Assembly: GCA_046484145.1 (NCBI GenBank) | Contig: JAWOBS010000285.1 | Span: forward strand, 1-43,724 | Length of the DNA: 43,724 bases | Source: Bacteroidales bacterium | Lineage (GTDB): Bacteria > Bacteroidota > Bacteroidia > Bacteroidales > UBA7960 | Direction of reading: 5' to 3' | Shown here: positions 1 through 9,859 of the stretch, in pieces | Numbering within the stretch: the stretch's first letter is position 1 | How the letters are laid out: each line of letters starts with the position of its first letter | The notes under the pieces: model-generated | What the model was told of the DNA's origin: nothing | Databases searched by the model: none | Seen by the model: the letters and a program-made list of their open reading frames with translations, nothing else | Program-made: the position numbers and the translations under genes

Positions 1-1
1 G

Positions 2-196
2 GTCGTAGTTTCCGACCATAGGGATCTTGATTTTGGTTTAAAATACGGCTTACTAATTGAAGAGCACAGGTTATTGGCAAGGGCAGTTATAGTAATTGAC
101 CGGGATGATGTTGTGAGATATGTTGAAGTAGTAAAAGAAATTGGCGAGCATCCTGATTATGATAAAGTTTTTGAGAAAGTTAAAGAGTTAATATAA
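2..196 (+). CDS. tpx: thiol peroxidase (Tpx), 3' fragment; the 5' end lies left of the window
   Basis: Open frame from nt 2 to TAA at 194-196. It translates to VVVSDHRDLDFGLKYGLLIEEHRLLARAVIVIDRDDVVRYVEVVKEIGEHPDYDKVFEKVKELI, matching the conserved C-terminal block of Tpx-type peroxiredoxins (FG..YG..I....LLARAV.V.D ... EPDY). Absent from the ORF track because it has no start in the window. Confidence 0.85.
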   Translation, partial: VVVSDHRDLDFGLKYGLLIEEHRLLARAVIVIDRDDVVRYVEVVKEIGEHPDYDKVFEKVKELI

Positions 197-220
197 AAGC
201 AAGAGTCAATTTTAAATACA

Positions 221-259
221 AAAAAAACGGGGATTAAATTAATAATCCCCGTTTTTTTT
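221..259. terminator. bidirectional Rho-independent terminator shared by convergent tpx and dnaK
   Basis: AAAAAAA-CGGGGATT-aaattaat-AATCCCCG-TTTTTTTT. Perfect 8-bp GC-rich stem (228-235 with 244-251), with an A-run on one side and a T-run on the other, lying between two convergent stop codons. Confidence 0.85.
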
Positions 260-272
260 GTAAATCAACAAA

Positions 273-2201
273 TTATTTGACTTCCTCGTAATCAACATCT
301 GTTACATCTCCGTCATCACCCTTTTTATTGGATTTGCTGTCTTTTCCGGATTGTTCATCCGCTCCGGGAGCTTGTTCACCCTGTTCACCTTGCGCGCCTT
401 GTGTGTCTTTATACATATCTGCACTAGCAGCTTGCCATGCCTGGTTTAGCTTATTCATTGCAGCATCAATAGCTTCAAGGTTTTTGTTTTTATGAGCTTC
501 CTTCAGTTCCGCCAAAGCTTCATTAATAGGAGCTTTTTTATCTTCCGGAATCTTGTCGCCAAATTCGCTTAATTGTTTTTCTGTTTGGAAGATAAGGCTA
601 TCAGCAGCATTCACTTTTTCAGTTTCTTCTTTTACTTTTTTGTCAGTTTCAGCATTTTCTTCGGCTTCTTTTCTCATTTTTTCTATTTCTGTTTCACTTA
701 AGCCACTTGAAGCTTCAATCCTGATATTTTGTGATTTACCGGTAGCTTTATCTTTTGCAGAAACATTAAGAATACCATTTGAATCAATGTCAAAAGTAAC
801 TTCAACCTGTGGCACTCCTCTTGGTGCAGGTGGTATTCCATCAAGATGGAATCTTCCAATACTACGGTTATCCTTTGCCATTGGCCTTTCACCCTGCAAT
901 ACATGTATTTCTACTGATGTTTGATTATCGGCTGCAGTTGAAAATGTTTCCGCTTTTTTCGTTGGTATTGTTGTATTTGCTTCAATCAGTTTAGTCATTA
1001 CTCCTCCAAGAGTTTCAATACCAAGAGACAATGGAGTAACATCAAGTAACAATACATCTTTTATATCACCACTTAAAACAGCACCTTGTATTGCTGCACC
1101 AATAGCAACAACTTCGTCAGGGTTAACTCCTTTAGAAGGTTTCTTGCCGAAGAAGTCTTCAACAAGTTTTTGTATGGCAGGTATCCTGGTTGATCCACCT
1201 ACTAAAATAACTTCGTCAATATCACTTGCTTTTACGCCTGCATCTTTTAATGCCACTTTACATGGTTCCAAAGTTGCCTGTATATATTTATCGCAAAGTT
1301 GTTCAAATTTTGAACGTGATAATGTGCGTACAAGGTGTTTTGGAACTCCATCAACCGGCATAATATATGGCAGGTTAATTTCAGTTGAAGTAGAGCTGGA
1401 GAGTTCAATTTTTGCCTTTTCTGCAGCTTCTTTTAAACGCTGTTTAGCCATCGGATCTTTCCTGAGGTCAATATTTTCATCTTTTTTGAACTCTTCGGCC
1501 AACCAATTGATTATTGCATCATCAAAGTCATCACCACCTAGGTGGGTGTCTCCATTTGTTGATTTAACTTCAAATACACCATCACCAAGCTCAAGGATTG
1601 AGATATCAAAAGTACCGCCACCTAAGTCAAATACTGCGATACGAATATCTTTGTCCTTTTTATCAAGGCCGTATGCCAATGAGGCAGCAGTAGGCTCGTT
1701 TATGATCCTTCTTACTTTTAAACCTGCAATTTCACCGGCTTCTTTGGTTGCCTGTCTTTGGCTATCATTAAAATATGCCGGAACTGTAACAACAGCTTCT
1801 GTAACTTCTTGTCCCAGGTAATCTTCAGCTGTTTTTTTCATCTTTTGAAGTACCATTGCAGATATTTCCTGGGGAGTATACAATCTGTCATCAATTTTTA
1901 CTCTCGGTGTATTATTGTCTCCCTTTTCAACAATATATGAAACCCTATTGCGGTCTTCAGCAATTGAGTCAAAAGATTCTCCCATGAACCTTTTTATTGA
2001 ATATATGGTTTTTGTAGGGTTAATAATTGCCTGTCTTTTTGCAGGGTCACCTGTTTTTCTTTCTCCATTTTCTGTGAAAGCTACAATAGAAGGAGTAGTA
2101 CGACGTCCCTCACTGTTTGGTATAACAACAGGTTCGTTACCTTCCATTACAGCAACGCATGAATTTGTTGTTCCTAAATCTATTCCTATAATTTTACCCA
2201 T
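273..2201 (-). CDS. dnaK: molecular chaperone DnaK (Hsp70)
   Basis: 642-aa ORF with Hsp70 signatures [24 protein letters not shown] and [11 protein letters not shown], plus an acidic low-complexity C-terminal tail. Confidence 0.99.
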   Translation of the reverse strand: MGKIIGIDLGTTNSCVAVMEGNEPVVIPNSEGRRTTPSIVAFTENGERKTGDPAKRQAIINPTKTIYSIKRFMGESFDSIAEDRNRVSYIVEKGDNNTPRVKIDDRLYTPQEISAMVLQKMKKTAEDYLGQEVTEAVVTVPAYFNDSQRQATKEAGEIAGLKVRRIINEPTAASLAYGLDKKDKDIRIAVFDLGGGTFDISILELGDGVFEVKSTNGDTHLGGDDFDDAIINWLAEEFKKDENIDLRKDPMAKQRLKEAAEKAKIELSSSTSTEINLPYIMPVDGVPKHLVRTLSRSKFEQLCDKYIQATLEPCKVALKDAGVKASDIDEVILVGGSTRIPAIQKLVEDFFGKKPSKGVNPDEVVAIGAAIQGAVLSGDIKDVLLLDVTPLSLGIETLGGVMTKLIEANTTIPTKKAETFSTAADNQTSVEIHVLQGERPMAKDNRSIGRFHLDGIPPAPRGVPQVEVTFDIDSNGILNVSAKDKATGKSQNIRIEASSGLSETEIEKMRKEAEENAETDKKVKEETEKVNAADSLIFQTEKQLSEFGDKIPEDKKAPINEALAELKEAHKNKNLEAIDAAMNKLNQAWQAASADMYKDTQGAQGEQGEQAPGADEQSGKDSKSNKKGDDGDVTDVDYEEVK

Positions 2202-2404
2202 TTTTGATTTGTTTTTTATTGTGTTCTTAAAAATAATTTCATTTTTGGCTATAGCTACTCAATGATTATGCCAATAGGTTTTAAAGGCATTTTCTTGCAA
2301 TTATGACATGAAATATAATAAGGAGAAGTTCTTTTGGCAGTATTGGAAAGGCTCATTACAAGCATATTTTGCTGTAATAAGATTGTTATGACAAAAAGTC
2401 AGTG

Positions 2405-4852
2405 CTAAAAATTAGCAGCCAGTTTTAAATTAATTAATCTTGAAGTTAGGTAGTTAGGAACAGCCATTAGCCTGTTTTCAACATCTCTTACCCACATATA
2501 CGATATAGTGTTGTTAATCTTAAATAGATTAAAAACTTCTAAAGATATCCAGGCTGAATTGATTAATCGAAGGGGGTTTTTCTCGGAAAACTTTGTGTTT
2601 TCTCCTATTAATTGTTTTGAAAAACCTATATCCACTCTTCTATATGAAGGCATTCTAAGAGTGTTTTTATATCTTTCGGAGTCAGGAGGGCCAAATGGCA
2701 AGCCGGTTCCATATACCAGGCCAAGATGCACCTTGTAGGTTGGGTTACGAGGCAGGAAATCCTGGAAGAATAAATTAAAATTAAATCTTTGATCCGTTGG
2801 CCGTGGTATATATCCTGTGCTTACAAGGTTTCCTTCATCATCTTCATAATAACTGCCTTCAATTTTCTCTTCAGTTTTCATTAATGACACACTTGCCCAT
2901 GAGTCAATTCCCGGGACAAACTCTCCATGAATTCTCATGTCTAGTCCTGTTGCATAACCCTCTGATGAGTTTTCAGCGTGGTATCGAATCCTTACATTAT
3001 CAATTTCATATGGGATAAGATTCTTAAGTATTTTATAATATATTTCTGTAGTATATTTGAAAGGCCTGTCCCATGCCCTGAAAACATATTCAGAGCCCAG
3101 AACAAAATGATAAGACTCCTGGGCTTTTATGTTTGGATTTAGGTTTCCTTCAAGATCTCTTAATTCCCTGTAAAAAGGAGGCTGGCTATAATGGCCTGTA
3201 GATGCTCTGAAGGTAAACTTTGGAGCCCAATAAGGCTTGTAAAGAGCAGTTAATCTCGGACTGATTATAAATTGTTCTGAGTAATTCCAGTAGTTTGCCC
3301 TAACTCCCCCGGTAATAGAATATCTTCCATGTGATTTTTCCAACTCAAGTGTATTTTGTATATATGCGGAAAATCGTGATGTGCGAAGTATTATGTCAGT
3401 GTATATGCTTTCCTGCATCAGTAATTCGTATTCAGGGCTTCTTGGCAGGGAGTAACCGGCTGAATCCAGCAAAGACCACTCTCTTATTCTATCATATATA
3501 TCTTCATACTGATATTTTATTCCCCAGTCTATTTGGTTATTATCTGATTTATAAAAACCTTTATGTTGCACATTCCAAACAATAGCATTTAAATAATTTC
3601 TGGCATGATTTAGAAATGAGCCAACTCCTAAAGACCTTCCGGTAGGCTGCCCGAAATCATCTTGTCCAAAATCAGTCTGTATCTCCTGTATCCAATACTG
3701 CCCTAATATATCGAATGTTTCTTTTTCGTCGCTCTGAAAAACCGAGCTGATAAACTTTAATGAAAGCTTTTTATGTGGACTATAGTCTAAAGATAAAGCA
3801 CCAAGACCTGTAGTAAAGCGATCTACTTCATGGCCATCGAAGTAAATTGTTAATTCCCTGACATCAGTTAAATGTCCAAATCTTGTTTTTTGAACTTCCG
3901 GTACAAAGAGGTAATTATTTCTTGAGTAGTTTGTTAGCAAGGAGAGGTCGAGTTCATCATTTATTTTCCAGTTAACTAAAGCCTGTACGTCTGTAAATGA
4001 TGGTTTATAGTCACCTTTTGTATCAAAAGTACCAAGTAAATACTGGTTTGATTTATGTCTGAAGCCAAAAAGATAATATATTTTATTGTTTGGTGAGCTG
4101 CCTTCAAAATGCAAGGATCCCTCCAGCAAGCTCATAGATACTGATGCAGCAAATTCTTCAGGTTCTTTATATTTAATGTCGAGTACTGATGACATCTTGT
4201 CTCCATATTGAGCCTTAAATCCTCCTGATGAGAAAGTAATAGAAGATACCAGGTCAGAATTAATAAAACTAAGTCCTTCCTGTTGGCCTGACCTGACAAG
4301 GAATGGACGATATATCTCAATTCCATTTACATATACGAGGTTTTCATCAAAATTTCCACCCCTGACAGAGTATTGAGCTGTGAGTTCGCTTGATGAGCTA
4401 ACTCCCGGCATTGTCTTTACAATATTTTCAATTTTACTGCCCGGGCCGGGTAGAAATTTTGTATTTTTCGGGTCTATCTTAACAAGGTCACCCGACAATA
4501 CCTGCTTGTCCATTATTTCAACCGCAGGAAGATTTGTTGTTGCAGGTTCCAGTATTACATTTATTGTTTTATTTTCTCCTTCATTAATATTTACTAATAC
4601 TGCTTTTTTTGCATATCCAAGTGTTGAAAATTCTATCCTTATGCCGCTTCCCGGCTTAAGCTTTAAGAAATAAAAACCATCGGAATTACTTATTGTACCT
4701 GTTGATGTTCCTTTAACGGCTACAGAGACGTATTCAAGGGCGATACTGTCATTATCCATTACCACACCCTGGACAATAGCCGTTTGAGCATAAGTAAAAT
4801 TAGCAATTAACAGCAGAGAGGTTAGTATTGTAAATATTATTATTTTTTTCAC
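2405..4852 (-). CDS. TonB-dependent outer-membrane receptor with N-terminal CarboxypepD_reg-like domain
   Basis: 815 aa. Signal peptide MKKIIIFTILTSLLLIANFTYAQ; CarboxypepD_reg-like segment VQGVVMDNDSIALEYVSVAVKGTSTGTISNSDGFYFL; plug-like SVRGGNFDENLVYVNGIEIY. Long beta-rich remainder ending in a terminal aromatic residue (LKLAANF), typical of OM barrels. Confidence 0.88.
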   Translation of the reverse strand: MKKIIIFTILTSLLLIANFTYAQTAIVQGVVMDNDSIALEYVSVAVKGTSTGTISNSDGFYFLKLKPGSGIRIEFSTLGYAKKAVLVNINEGENKTINVILEPATTNLPAVEIMDKQVLSGDLVKIDPKNTKFLPGPGSKIENIVKTMPGVSSSSELTAQYSVRGGNFDENLVYVNGIEIYRPFLVRSGQQEGLSFINSDLVSSITFSSGGFKAQYGDKMSSVLDIKYKEPEEFAASVSMSLLEGSLHFEGSSPNNKIYYLFGFRHKSNQYLLGTFDTKGDYKPSFTDVQALVNWKINDELDLSLLTNYSRNNYLFVPEVQKTRFGHLTDVRELTIYFDGHEVDRFTTGLGALSLDYSPHKKLSLKFISSVFQSDEKETFDILGQYWIQEIQTDFGQDDFGQPTGRSLGVGSFLNHARNYLNAIVWNVQHKGFYKSDNNQIDWGIKYQYEDIYDRIREWSLLDSAGYSLPRSPEYELLMQESIYTDIILRTSRFSAYIQNTLELEKSHGRYSITGGVRANYWNYSEQFIISPRLTALYKPYWAPKFTFRASTGHYSQPPFYRELRDLEGNLNPNIKAQESYHFVLGSEYVFRAWDRPFKYTTEIYYKILKNLIPYEIDNVRIRYHAENSSEGYATGLDMRIHGEFVPGIDSWASVSLMKTEEKIEGSYYEDDEGNLVSTGYIPRPTDQRFNFNLFFQDFLPRNPTYKVHLGLVYGTGLPFGPPDSERYKNTLRMPSYRRVDIGFSKQLIGENTKFSEKNPLRLINSAWISLEVFNLFKINNTISYMWVRDVENRLMAVPNYLTSRLINLKLAANF

Positions 4853-4973
4853 CTGGCAAAGATAATAATGTGCAATTAATTATTCCCTGAATTTGCTTTC
4901 AGCCGGAAATTATTAATGATGTTTTTTAGAATTATAAACCCAAATTGGACGGAATTATTGTTTTTGACTGGAA

Positions 4974-5627
4974 TTAATCTTGGCTGCGCTTAAATTTTCC
5001 ATCGCGCCAGGCTTTAAAAAATTCAGCCCATGCAATAGGGTCAAATAGTCGCATAGGAGGGGCCTGGCCTGCATAATATAATTGTTGGTTTTGCTGATTC
5101 ATGTAATTTCTGAAATTCATACTTCCATCCATAGGCAAATTCTGCATTCTCTCTTTCATCTCAGCCCTTGCCAGATTTTTTATAGCCCTGTCATAATCAT
5201 CTTCGGGAATTTTTACATTTAAAAAGGCTCTTTTAAACTGGTCTTTGGTTGGCCACGGGTATATCACTGTCTCCGGAAGAATTAGTGTGTCACGTGTCAT
5301 AACCTGCACAACTGAATACCTGTTGCCGGTTAGTGTGTCTGGTACAATATAAAAAACTTCATCAAAACCAACTGATGAAAAGCGGATAGTGTCATTTTCC
5401 CTTAAAGTAATATTAAAAAAACCATAAAAATCAGATATTGTTCCTCTGCGAGTATTTTTTATCCAAATGTTTGCATATGGCAAAGGCTTTAAGCTGTCTC
5501 CTGTAACAATCAAACCGGAAAGTTGAACGATCTTTCTTTTTTCCTGCTTGTCGTCTTTACCCGGCAATGACAAGCTTATTATACTGATAAGCAAAAAGCT
5601 AATGATAAAGAATGCCGTTTTTTTCAT
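4974..5627 (-). CDS. secreted CarboxypepD_reg-like domain protein
   Basis: 217 aa. N-terminal signal/anchor MKKTAFFIISFLLISIISL, then LSGLIVTGDSLKPLPYANIWIKNTRRGTISDFYGFFNITL, which resembles the carboxypeptidase regulatory-like beta-sandwich. Confidence 0.7.
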   Translation of the reverse strand: MKKTAFFIISFLLISIISLSLPGKDDKQEKRKIVQLSGLIVTGDSLKPLPYANIWIKNTRRGTISDFYGFFNITLRENDTIRFSSVGFDEVFYIVPDTLTGNRYSVVQVMTRDTLILPETVIYPWPTKDQFKRAFLNVKIPEDDYDRAIKNLARAEMKERMQNLPMDGSMNFRNYMNQQNQQLYYAGQAPPMRLFDPIAWAEFFKAWRDGKFKRSQD

Positions 5628-5710
5628 TTATTATTTATATTCAATGCAAAACAAAATTATAATAAAATGCATTTATAGCAATAACAAATACTTGTTATAT
5701 TTATTGCATT

Positions 5711-5750
5711 AAAAAATAAAAGGCTGCCTCATGAGTTGAGACAGCCTTTT
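5711..5750 (-). terminator. Rho-independent terminator downstream of rpmB
   Basis: On the minus strand: AAGGCTGTCTC-loop-GAGGCAGCCTT followed by TTATTTTTT. This is an 11-bp stem containing one G-U pair (5720-5730 with 5738-5748). It sits 23 nt after the rpmB stop. Confidence 0.72.
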
Positions 5751-5772
5751 TGCATATTGCAAAAATCCTTGC

Positions 5773-6009
5773 TTATTTTAAGTGTCCTTGTTCTATTGCT
5801 TTCAAAAGGCTTGCAGTAACACCATTTTTATTGATGTAACGTATTCCTTTAGCAGATACTTTTAATGTTACCCAGCGATTTTCTTCAGGAATAAAAAACT
5901 TCTTCTTTTGTATGTTAGGATAGAATTTCCTTTTTGTCTTAATGTGTGAATGTGAAACATTATTTCCTACTATCGTTTTTTTTCCTGTAATCTGACAAAT
6001 TCTTGACAT
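5773..6009 (-). CDS. rpmB: 50S ribosomal protein L28
   Basis: 78 aa. [32 protein letters not shown] is the canonical L28 N-terminus. Confidence 0.95.
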   Translation of the reverse strand: MSRICQITGKKTIVGNNVSHSHIKTKRKFYPNIQKKKFFIPEENRWVTLKVSAKGIRYINKNGVTASLLKAIEQGHLK

Positions 6010-6142
6010 TTTCTTGATCCTTATATTATGATGAATAAATACTTTTACTTTTTAAGGAGTGCAAAAATCGGAATTTTTTTGTTACCATACAAATGTTTTT
6101 ATTGTTTTTTCAAAAAAATGTTTCAAAAAAAATATTTAAAGT

Positions 6143-6150
6143 TAGTTTTG
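6143..6150 (+). promoter_or_regulatory. candidate Bacteroidota -7 promoter box for the MscS-family gene
   Basis: TAGTTTTG matches TAnnTTTG, 54 nt upstream of the ATG at 6204. No clean -33 TTTG was seen. Confidence 0.3.
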
Positions 6151-6203
6151 CTTTAATTCCGGTCAAGGTATTATCTTAGCATTAGTTTTAATTTATTCTT
6201 ATT

Positions 6204-7484
6204 ATGAAAACATTATTTATACTTAAAGTAAGTGATTTAATTACTAAAACCCTTGAAAAAACAGGGATGAGTGAAGAGCTTGTCTATAATGCTAAGGCAG
6301 TAATTCTGGTTTTGATACTGCTTGCTCTTTGTTTTATTGTGTACTGGTTAGTAAAAAATGTTATCCTGGTGTATGTCAGAATTATTGTCAGAAAGCATCC
6401 TAATTTGTGGAGTGTAAATTTACTTGAAAAGAAAGTTTTTCTGAAACTATCTCACCTTGCACCTGTGCTAATTATTTATGCATTAGGCCCCTCGCTTTTG
6501 GCAGAGTATCCTGTATTGGCTGAAAAGACATTTTTGGTTACCAGGATTTATATAATATTAACAGCAATGCTGATATTGTTCGCCTTTCTTAATGTTGTGC
6601 AAGGTGTTTATAATTCATATGAAATTGCGAAAGCAAGACCCATTACAGGTTATGTCCAGGTGATGAAAATTATTATAGGGATTGTTGTCGCCATTCTTAT
6701 ATTATCTGCAATTCTTGGCAGGTCTCCGGTGTATCTGCTTACCGGTCTGGGTGCAATGACTGCTATATTAATGTTGATTTTTAAAGATACTATACTTGGC
6801 TTTGTCGGCGGGGTGCAGGTGACGGCAAATGATATGGTCAGAATTGGAGATTGGATAGAAATGCCTAAATATGGCGCTGATGGCGATGTTATTGATATTT
6901 CTTTGCATACTGTGCGTGTTCAGAATTTTGATAGAACCATTACAACAATACCCACATATGCAATGGTTTCAGATTCATTTAAAAACTGGAGAGGCATGGT
7001 AGATACCAAAGCCAGGCGTATTATGAGGTCGGTTTTTATTGACCTTAAAAGTGTCAAGTTTTGTGATGATCAAATGATTGAGAAATTTGAGAAGATTAAT
7101 AACCTGAAGGATTACATAAGTAAAAAGAAATTAGAAATTGAGGAATATAATAAAAAACACAACATAGATGCTTCAGCAGAGGTTAACGGACGAAAATTAA
7201 CAAACCTGGGAACTTTCAGAGTTTATTTAGAGAAGTATCTTGCTAATCATCCCGATATTCAGACTGATCTTATTTTTATGGTTAGACAGCTTCAATCAGG
7301 GGAACAAGGTGTTGCTCTCCAGGTATATGCCTTTGCTAATGATACAAATTGGAAAAATTATGAGCAAATTCAAGCAAATATTTTTGATCATATTTTTGCT
7401 GTGATCCCTTATTTTGAGTTAAAGATATTTCAGTATCCAACTGATTTGCAGATGCATGTTGAATTAGATAAAATTAGAGAATAG
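6204..7484 (+). CDS. mechanosensitive ion channel family protein (MscS-like)
   Basis: 426 aa. Several N-terminal TM helices, followed by the MscS beta-domain pattern VRIGDWIEMPKYGADGDVIDISLHTVRVQNFDRTITTIPTYAMVSDSFKNW. Confidence 0.85.
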   Translation: MKTLFILKVSDLITKTLEKTGMSEELVYNAKAVILVLILLALCFIVYWLVKNVILVYVRIIVRKHPNLWSVNLLEKKVFLKLSHLAPVLIIYALGPSLLAEYPVLAEKTFLVTRIYIILTAMLILFAFLNVVQGVYNSYEIAKARPITGYVQVMKIIIGIVVAILILSAILGRSPVYLLTGLGAMTAILMLIFKDTILGFVGGVQVTANDMVRIGDWIEMPKYGADGDVIDISLHTVRVQNFDRTITTIPTYAMVSDSFKNWRGMVDTKARRIMRSVFIDLKSVKFCDDQMIEKFEKINNLKDYISKKKLEIEEYNKKHNIDASAEVNGRKLTNLGTFRVYLEKYLANHPDIQTDLIFMVRQLQSGEQGVALQVYAFANDTNWKNYEQIQANIFDHIFAVIPYFELKIFQYPTDLQMHVELDKIRE

Positions 7485-7490
7485 CATTTT

Positions 7491-8012
7491 TTGGCAACTT
7501 ATTATCAAATATTGGAAGTCCCTCGAGACGCCAGCCGGGAAGAGATAAAAAAGGCTTTTCGTAAAAAAGCATTTAAATATCATCCTGATGTTAATAAAGC
7601 TGCTGATGCAAAAAGAATTTTTCAGAAACTAAATGAAGCTTACCAGGTTTTAATTAATCCGTCAAAAAGAAGGCTATATGATCTCAGGCTGAAGCATGGT
7701 ATTGTTGTTACAAAAGTATATTACAGGCCGGCTTCAGGCAGGCAGGGCTACAGTAATATGTACAGCAAAGGCCGGTATGCCAAAAGAAAGCAGGAGGATA
7801 AAAACCCCATAGAAAGTTTAATTGATAGAATAATGTTTTTTTTCCTTTTGTTAATTGGACTTTATGGAATTTTATTTGGTGTTTACAGAGTTTATATTCA
7901 ACCCCCGGAAAATGATGATTTCGATCCAATGCACGGCCTTATCCTTGGGTTGGTATTTACTTTGTTATTACTGCTTTTTTATAAAAAACTAATAGGAGGT
8001 AAAACGAAATAG
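7491..8012 (+). CDS. J-domain (DnaJ-like) membrane protein
   Basis: 173 aa. The J domain starts at the N-terminus ([33 protein letters not shown], with the HPD motif), and there are two C-terminal hydrophobic helices. TTG start at 7491, 7 nt after the upstream stop. Confidence 0.78.
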   Translation: MATYYQILEVPRDASREEIKKAFRKKAFKYHPDVNKAADAKRIFQKLNEAYQVLINPSKRRLYDLRLKHGIVVTKVYYRPASGRQGYSNMYSKGRYAKRKQEDKNPIESLIDRIMFFFLLLIGLYGILFGVYRVYIQPPENDDFDPMHGLILGLVFTLLLLLFYKKLIGGKTK

Positions 8013-8076
8013 CACTAAATTATTTGGTTTTGGAAAGCGCATATGGCCGGTTTAGTCTTGCATTTTATTAAAAAAA

Positions 8077-8823
8077 TTACTTATTCCATATTTCCCATGA
8101 TTTTTCTGCTTGAAGGTGAAGCATCTTCAAACCATTAAATGTTTTACATCCTTTTTTTTCTCCTTCCTTCAAGAATAAAGATTTTTCCGGATTATAAACC
8201 AGGTCATATAATATTTGATCGGAGCCAAGAGCATGATACGGAATTTGCGGTTTTTCTCCCGAATTAGGATACATTCCACCAGGAGTTGTGTTCACTATCA
8301 TGTCAAACTTGCTTATAACAGCAGGGTTTAGTTCGTGGTAAATGATGGTTTTGCTATTCTTTTTCAAGCGGGAAACCAGTGTGTAATCAGTGCCATATTT
8401 GTTTAGAACATGAACTACAGCTTTAGATGCACCACCTGTCCCCAAAACCAGTACATTTTTTAATCCGGAATCAAGAACATCTTTTATTGATTCTTCAAAT
8501 CCAAACACATCTGTATTATAAGCCTTAATTGAGACTTCATCCTCATAATGTTCGATTTTTAGTGTGTTGGCGGCTTTTGTTTTTTTTGCTTCGTCCGAAA
8601 ACTCATTTAAAAAAGGTATTATTTTTTCTTTGTAGGGAATTGTCACATTTAGGCCTACTATAGATTTATCATTAAAGATGAGCCTGAAAATATTCTCAAC
8701 ACTGTTTATCGGGTATAATTCATATGAAGCATCATTGATGTTTTCATTGATGAATTTCTCCTGAAAATATTTTTTTGACCAGGAGTGTGTTAATGGGTAT
8801 CCTACTAAACCGAATTTTCTCAT
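8077..8823 (-). CDS. aroE: shikimate 5-dehydrogenase
   Basis: 248 aa. N-terminal FGLVGYPLTHSWSKKYF, NVTIPYK, and Rossmann segment VLVLGTGGASKAV, as in short Bacteroidota AroE proteins. Confidence 0.85.
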   Translation of the reverse strand: MRKFGLVGYPLTHSWSKKYFQEKFINENINDASYELYPINSVENIFRLIFNDKSIVGLNVTIPYKEKIIPFLNEFSDEAKKTKAANTLKIEHYEDEVSIKAYNTDVFGFEESIKDVLDSGLKNVLVLGTGGASKAVVHVLNKYGTDYTLVSRLKKNSKTIIYHELNPAVISKFDMIVNTTPGGMYPNSGEKPQIPYHALGSDQILYDLVYNPEKSLFLKEGEKKGCKTFNGLKMLHLQAEKSWEIWNK

Positions 8824-9770
8824 ATTATGTTAGTTTTTTTCGATTTAAGGGATGCTAAGTATTCAAATAAGAATACAATAATAAATCCTGATATTGCAGA
8901 AATTAACACCTGGAAAATCATAGGATCCTGAGAATACAACTCTGAATAATAAAATGGAGATATGCTTTTCTCAATAAAAGGTTCAATTTCTCCATGAGAA
9001 TTAATCCTGGTCTCAATAACTTTTTTCCATGGCCATAATTTATTCAGAGAGCCAATCATAAATCCGGTAAGTAATGCCAGGGTTTGGTTGGGAAAACGTT
9101 TAAACAGCCATGATATTACATTGGCAAAACTAATAAGCCCAACAACACAACCAGCAGCAAAAACAATTAAAACATCTGTTTTTATATCTTTAACAGCATT
9201 AAGTATATATTCATACTTGCCAATTAAAAGTAAAATAAAACTTCCGGAAATACCGGGTAATATCATTGCACAAATTGCAATACAGCCGGCACCAAAGACA
9301 TAAAGCAATGAATCAGGGGTAGACGATGGAGTTGCAATAGTGATGTAGTATGATATTGATGTTCCGATTATAATAAATATTAACCTGATTAAAACAGGCC
9401 CACTGGTTTTTCTCCATATATAAATAGCTGATGCTGAAATTAGGCCGAAGAAGAAAGCCCAAACAAGCAGCCTGTGATTATCCATTAACCAACTTATAAG
9501 CCTTGCAAGAGAAAAGATGCTTATTAATATTCCTGCAAATAAAGCTATTAGAAAGTTACCGTTAATCTTTTTCCAGGCAGCAGCAATGCCTTCTTTGTAA
9601 GCCTGCTTAATTAATGCAGGATTGATTGACTTTATACTAAATATAAGCTTCTCGTATATACCTGTAATTAATGCAATAGTGCCACCAGAAACTCCGGGTA
9701 TTATATCTGCAGCCCCCATGCCTATACCTCTGGCAGAAATTAGTAAATAATGTGTTAACTTTTTAAGCAT
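8820..9770 (-). CDS. DUF368 family integral membrane protein
   Basis: 316 aa polytopic protein with duplicated IPGVSGGTIALITGIYE / LPGISGSFILLLIGKYE motifs characteristic of DUF368. Its stop overlaps the aroE start by 4 nt. Confidence 0.85.
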   Translation of the reverse strand: MLKKLTHYLLISARGIGMGAADIIPGVSGGTIALITGIYEKLIFSIKSINPALIKQAYKEGIAAAWKKINGNFLIALFAGILISIFSLARLISWLMDNHRLLVWAFFFGLISASAIYIWRKTSGPVLIRLIFIIIGTSISYYITIATPSSTPDSLLYVFGAGCIAICAMILPGISGSFILLLIGKYEYILNAVKDIKTDVLIVFAAGCVVGLISFANVISWLFKRFPNQTLALLTGFMIGSLNKLWPWKKVIETRINSHGEIEPFIEKSISPFYYSELYSQDPMIFQVLISAISGFIIVFLFEYLASLKSKKTNII

Positions 9771-9859
9771 TAAAAAACTGAGTATATTATTTTAAGCAAT
9801 CTTGAAAAATTATGCTTATAATTTGAAAAGCAAAAATACAAACTAAAGTATAATAATCG

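Noticed and set aside
300-420. Repetitive GAQGEQGEQ-coding segment at the dnaK 3' end, and the Met/Gly-rich tail of ffh (about 12820-12891)
   Set aside because: These are normal low-complexity C-terminal tails of these protein families, not independent repeat elements.
553-2265. ORF-track entries 553-924, 698-904, 809-994, 1144-1821, 1758-1940 and 1915-2265 within dnaK
   Set aside because: All but one (698-904, same strand but out of frame) lie antisense to dnaK, and all sit within or overlap its strongly supported coding sequence. Their translations are low-complexity or Ser/Leu/Phe-rich, as expected for shadow ORFs in AT-rich DNA.
4857-4864. TATCTTTG (minus strand) -7-like box 5 nt upstream of the TonB-dependent receptor start
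   Set aside because: It matches TAnnTTTG but would imply an essentially leaderless mRNA. It could be chance in AT-rich DNA, so it is not listed as a feature.
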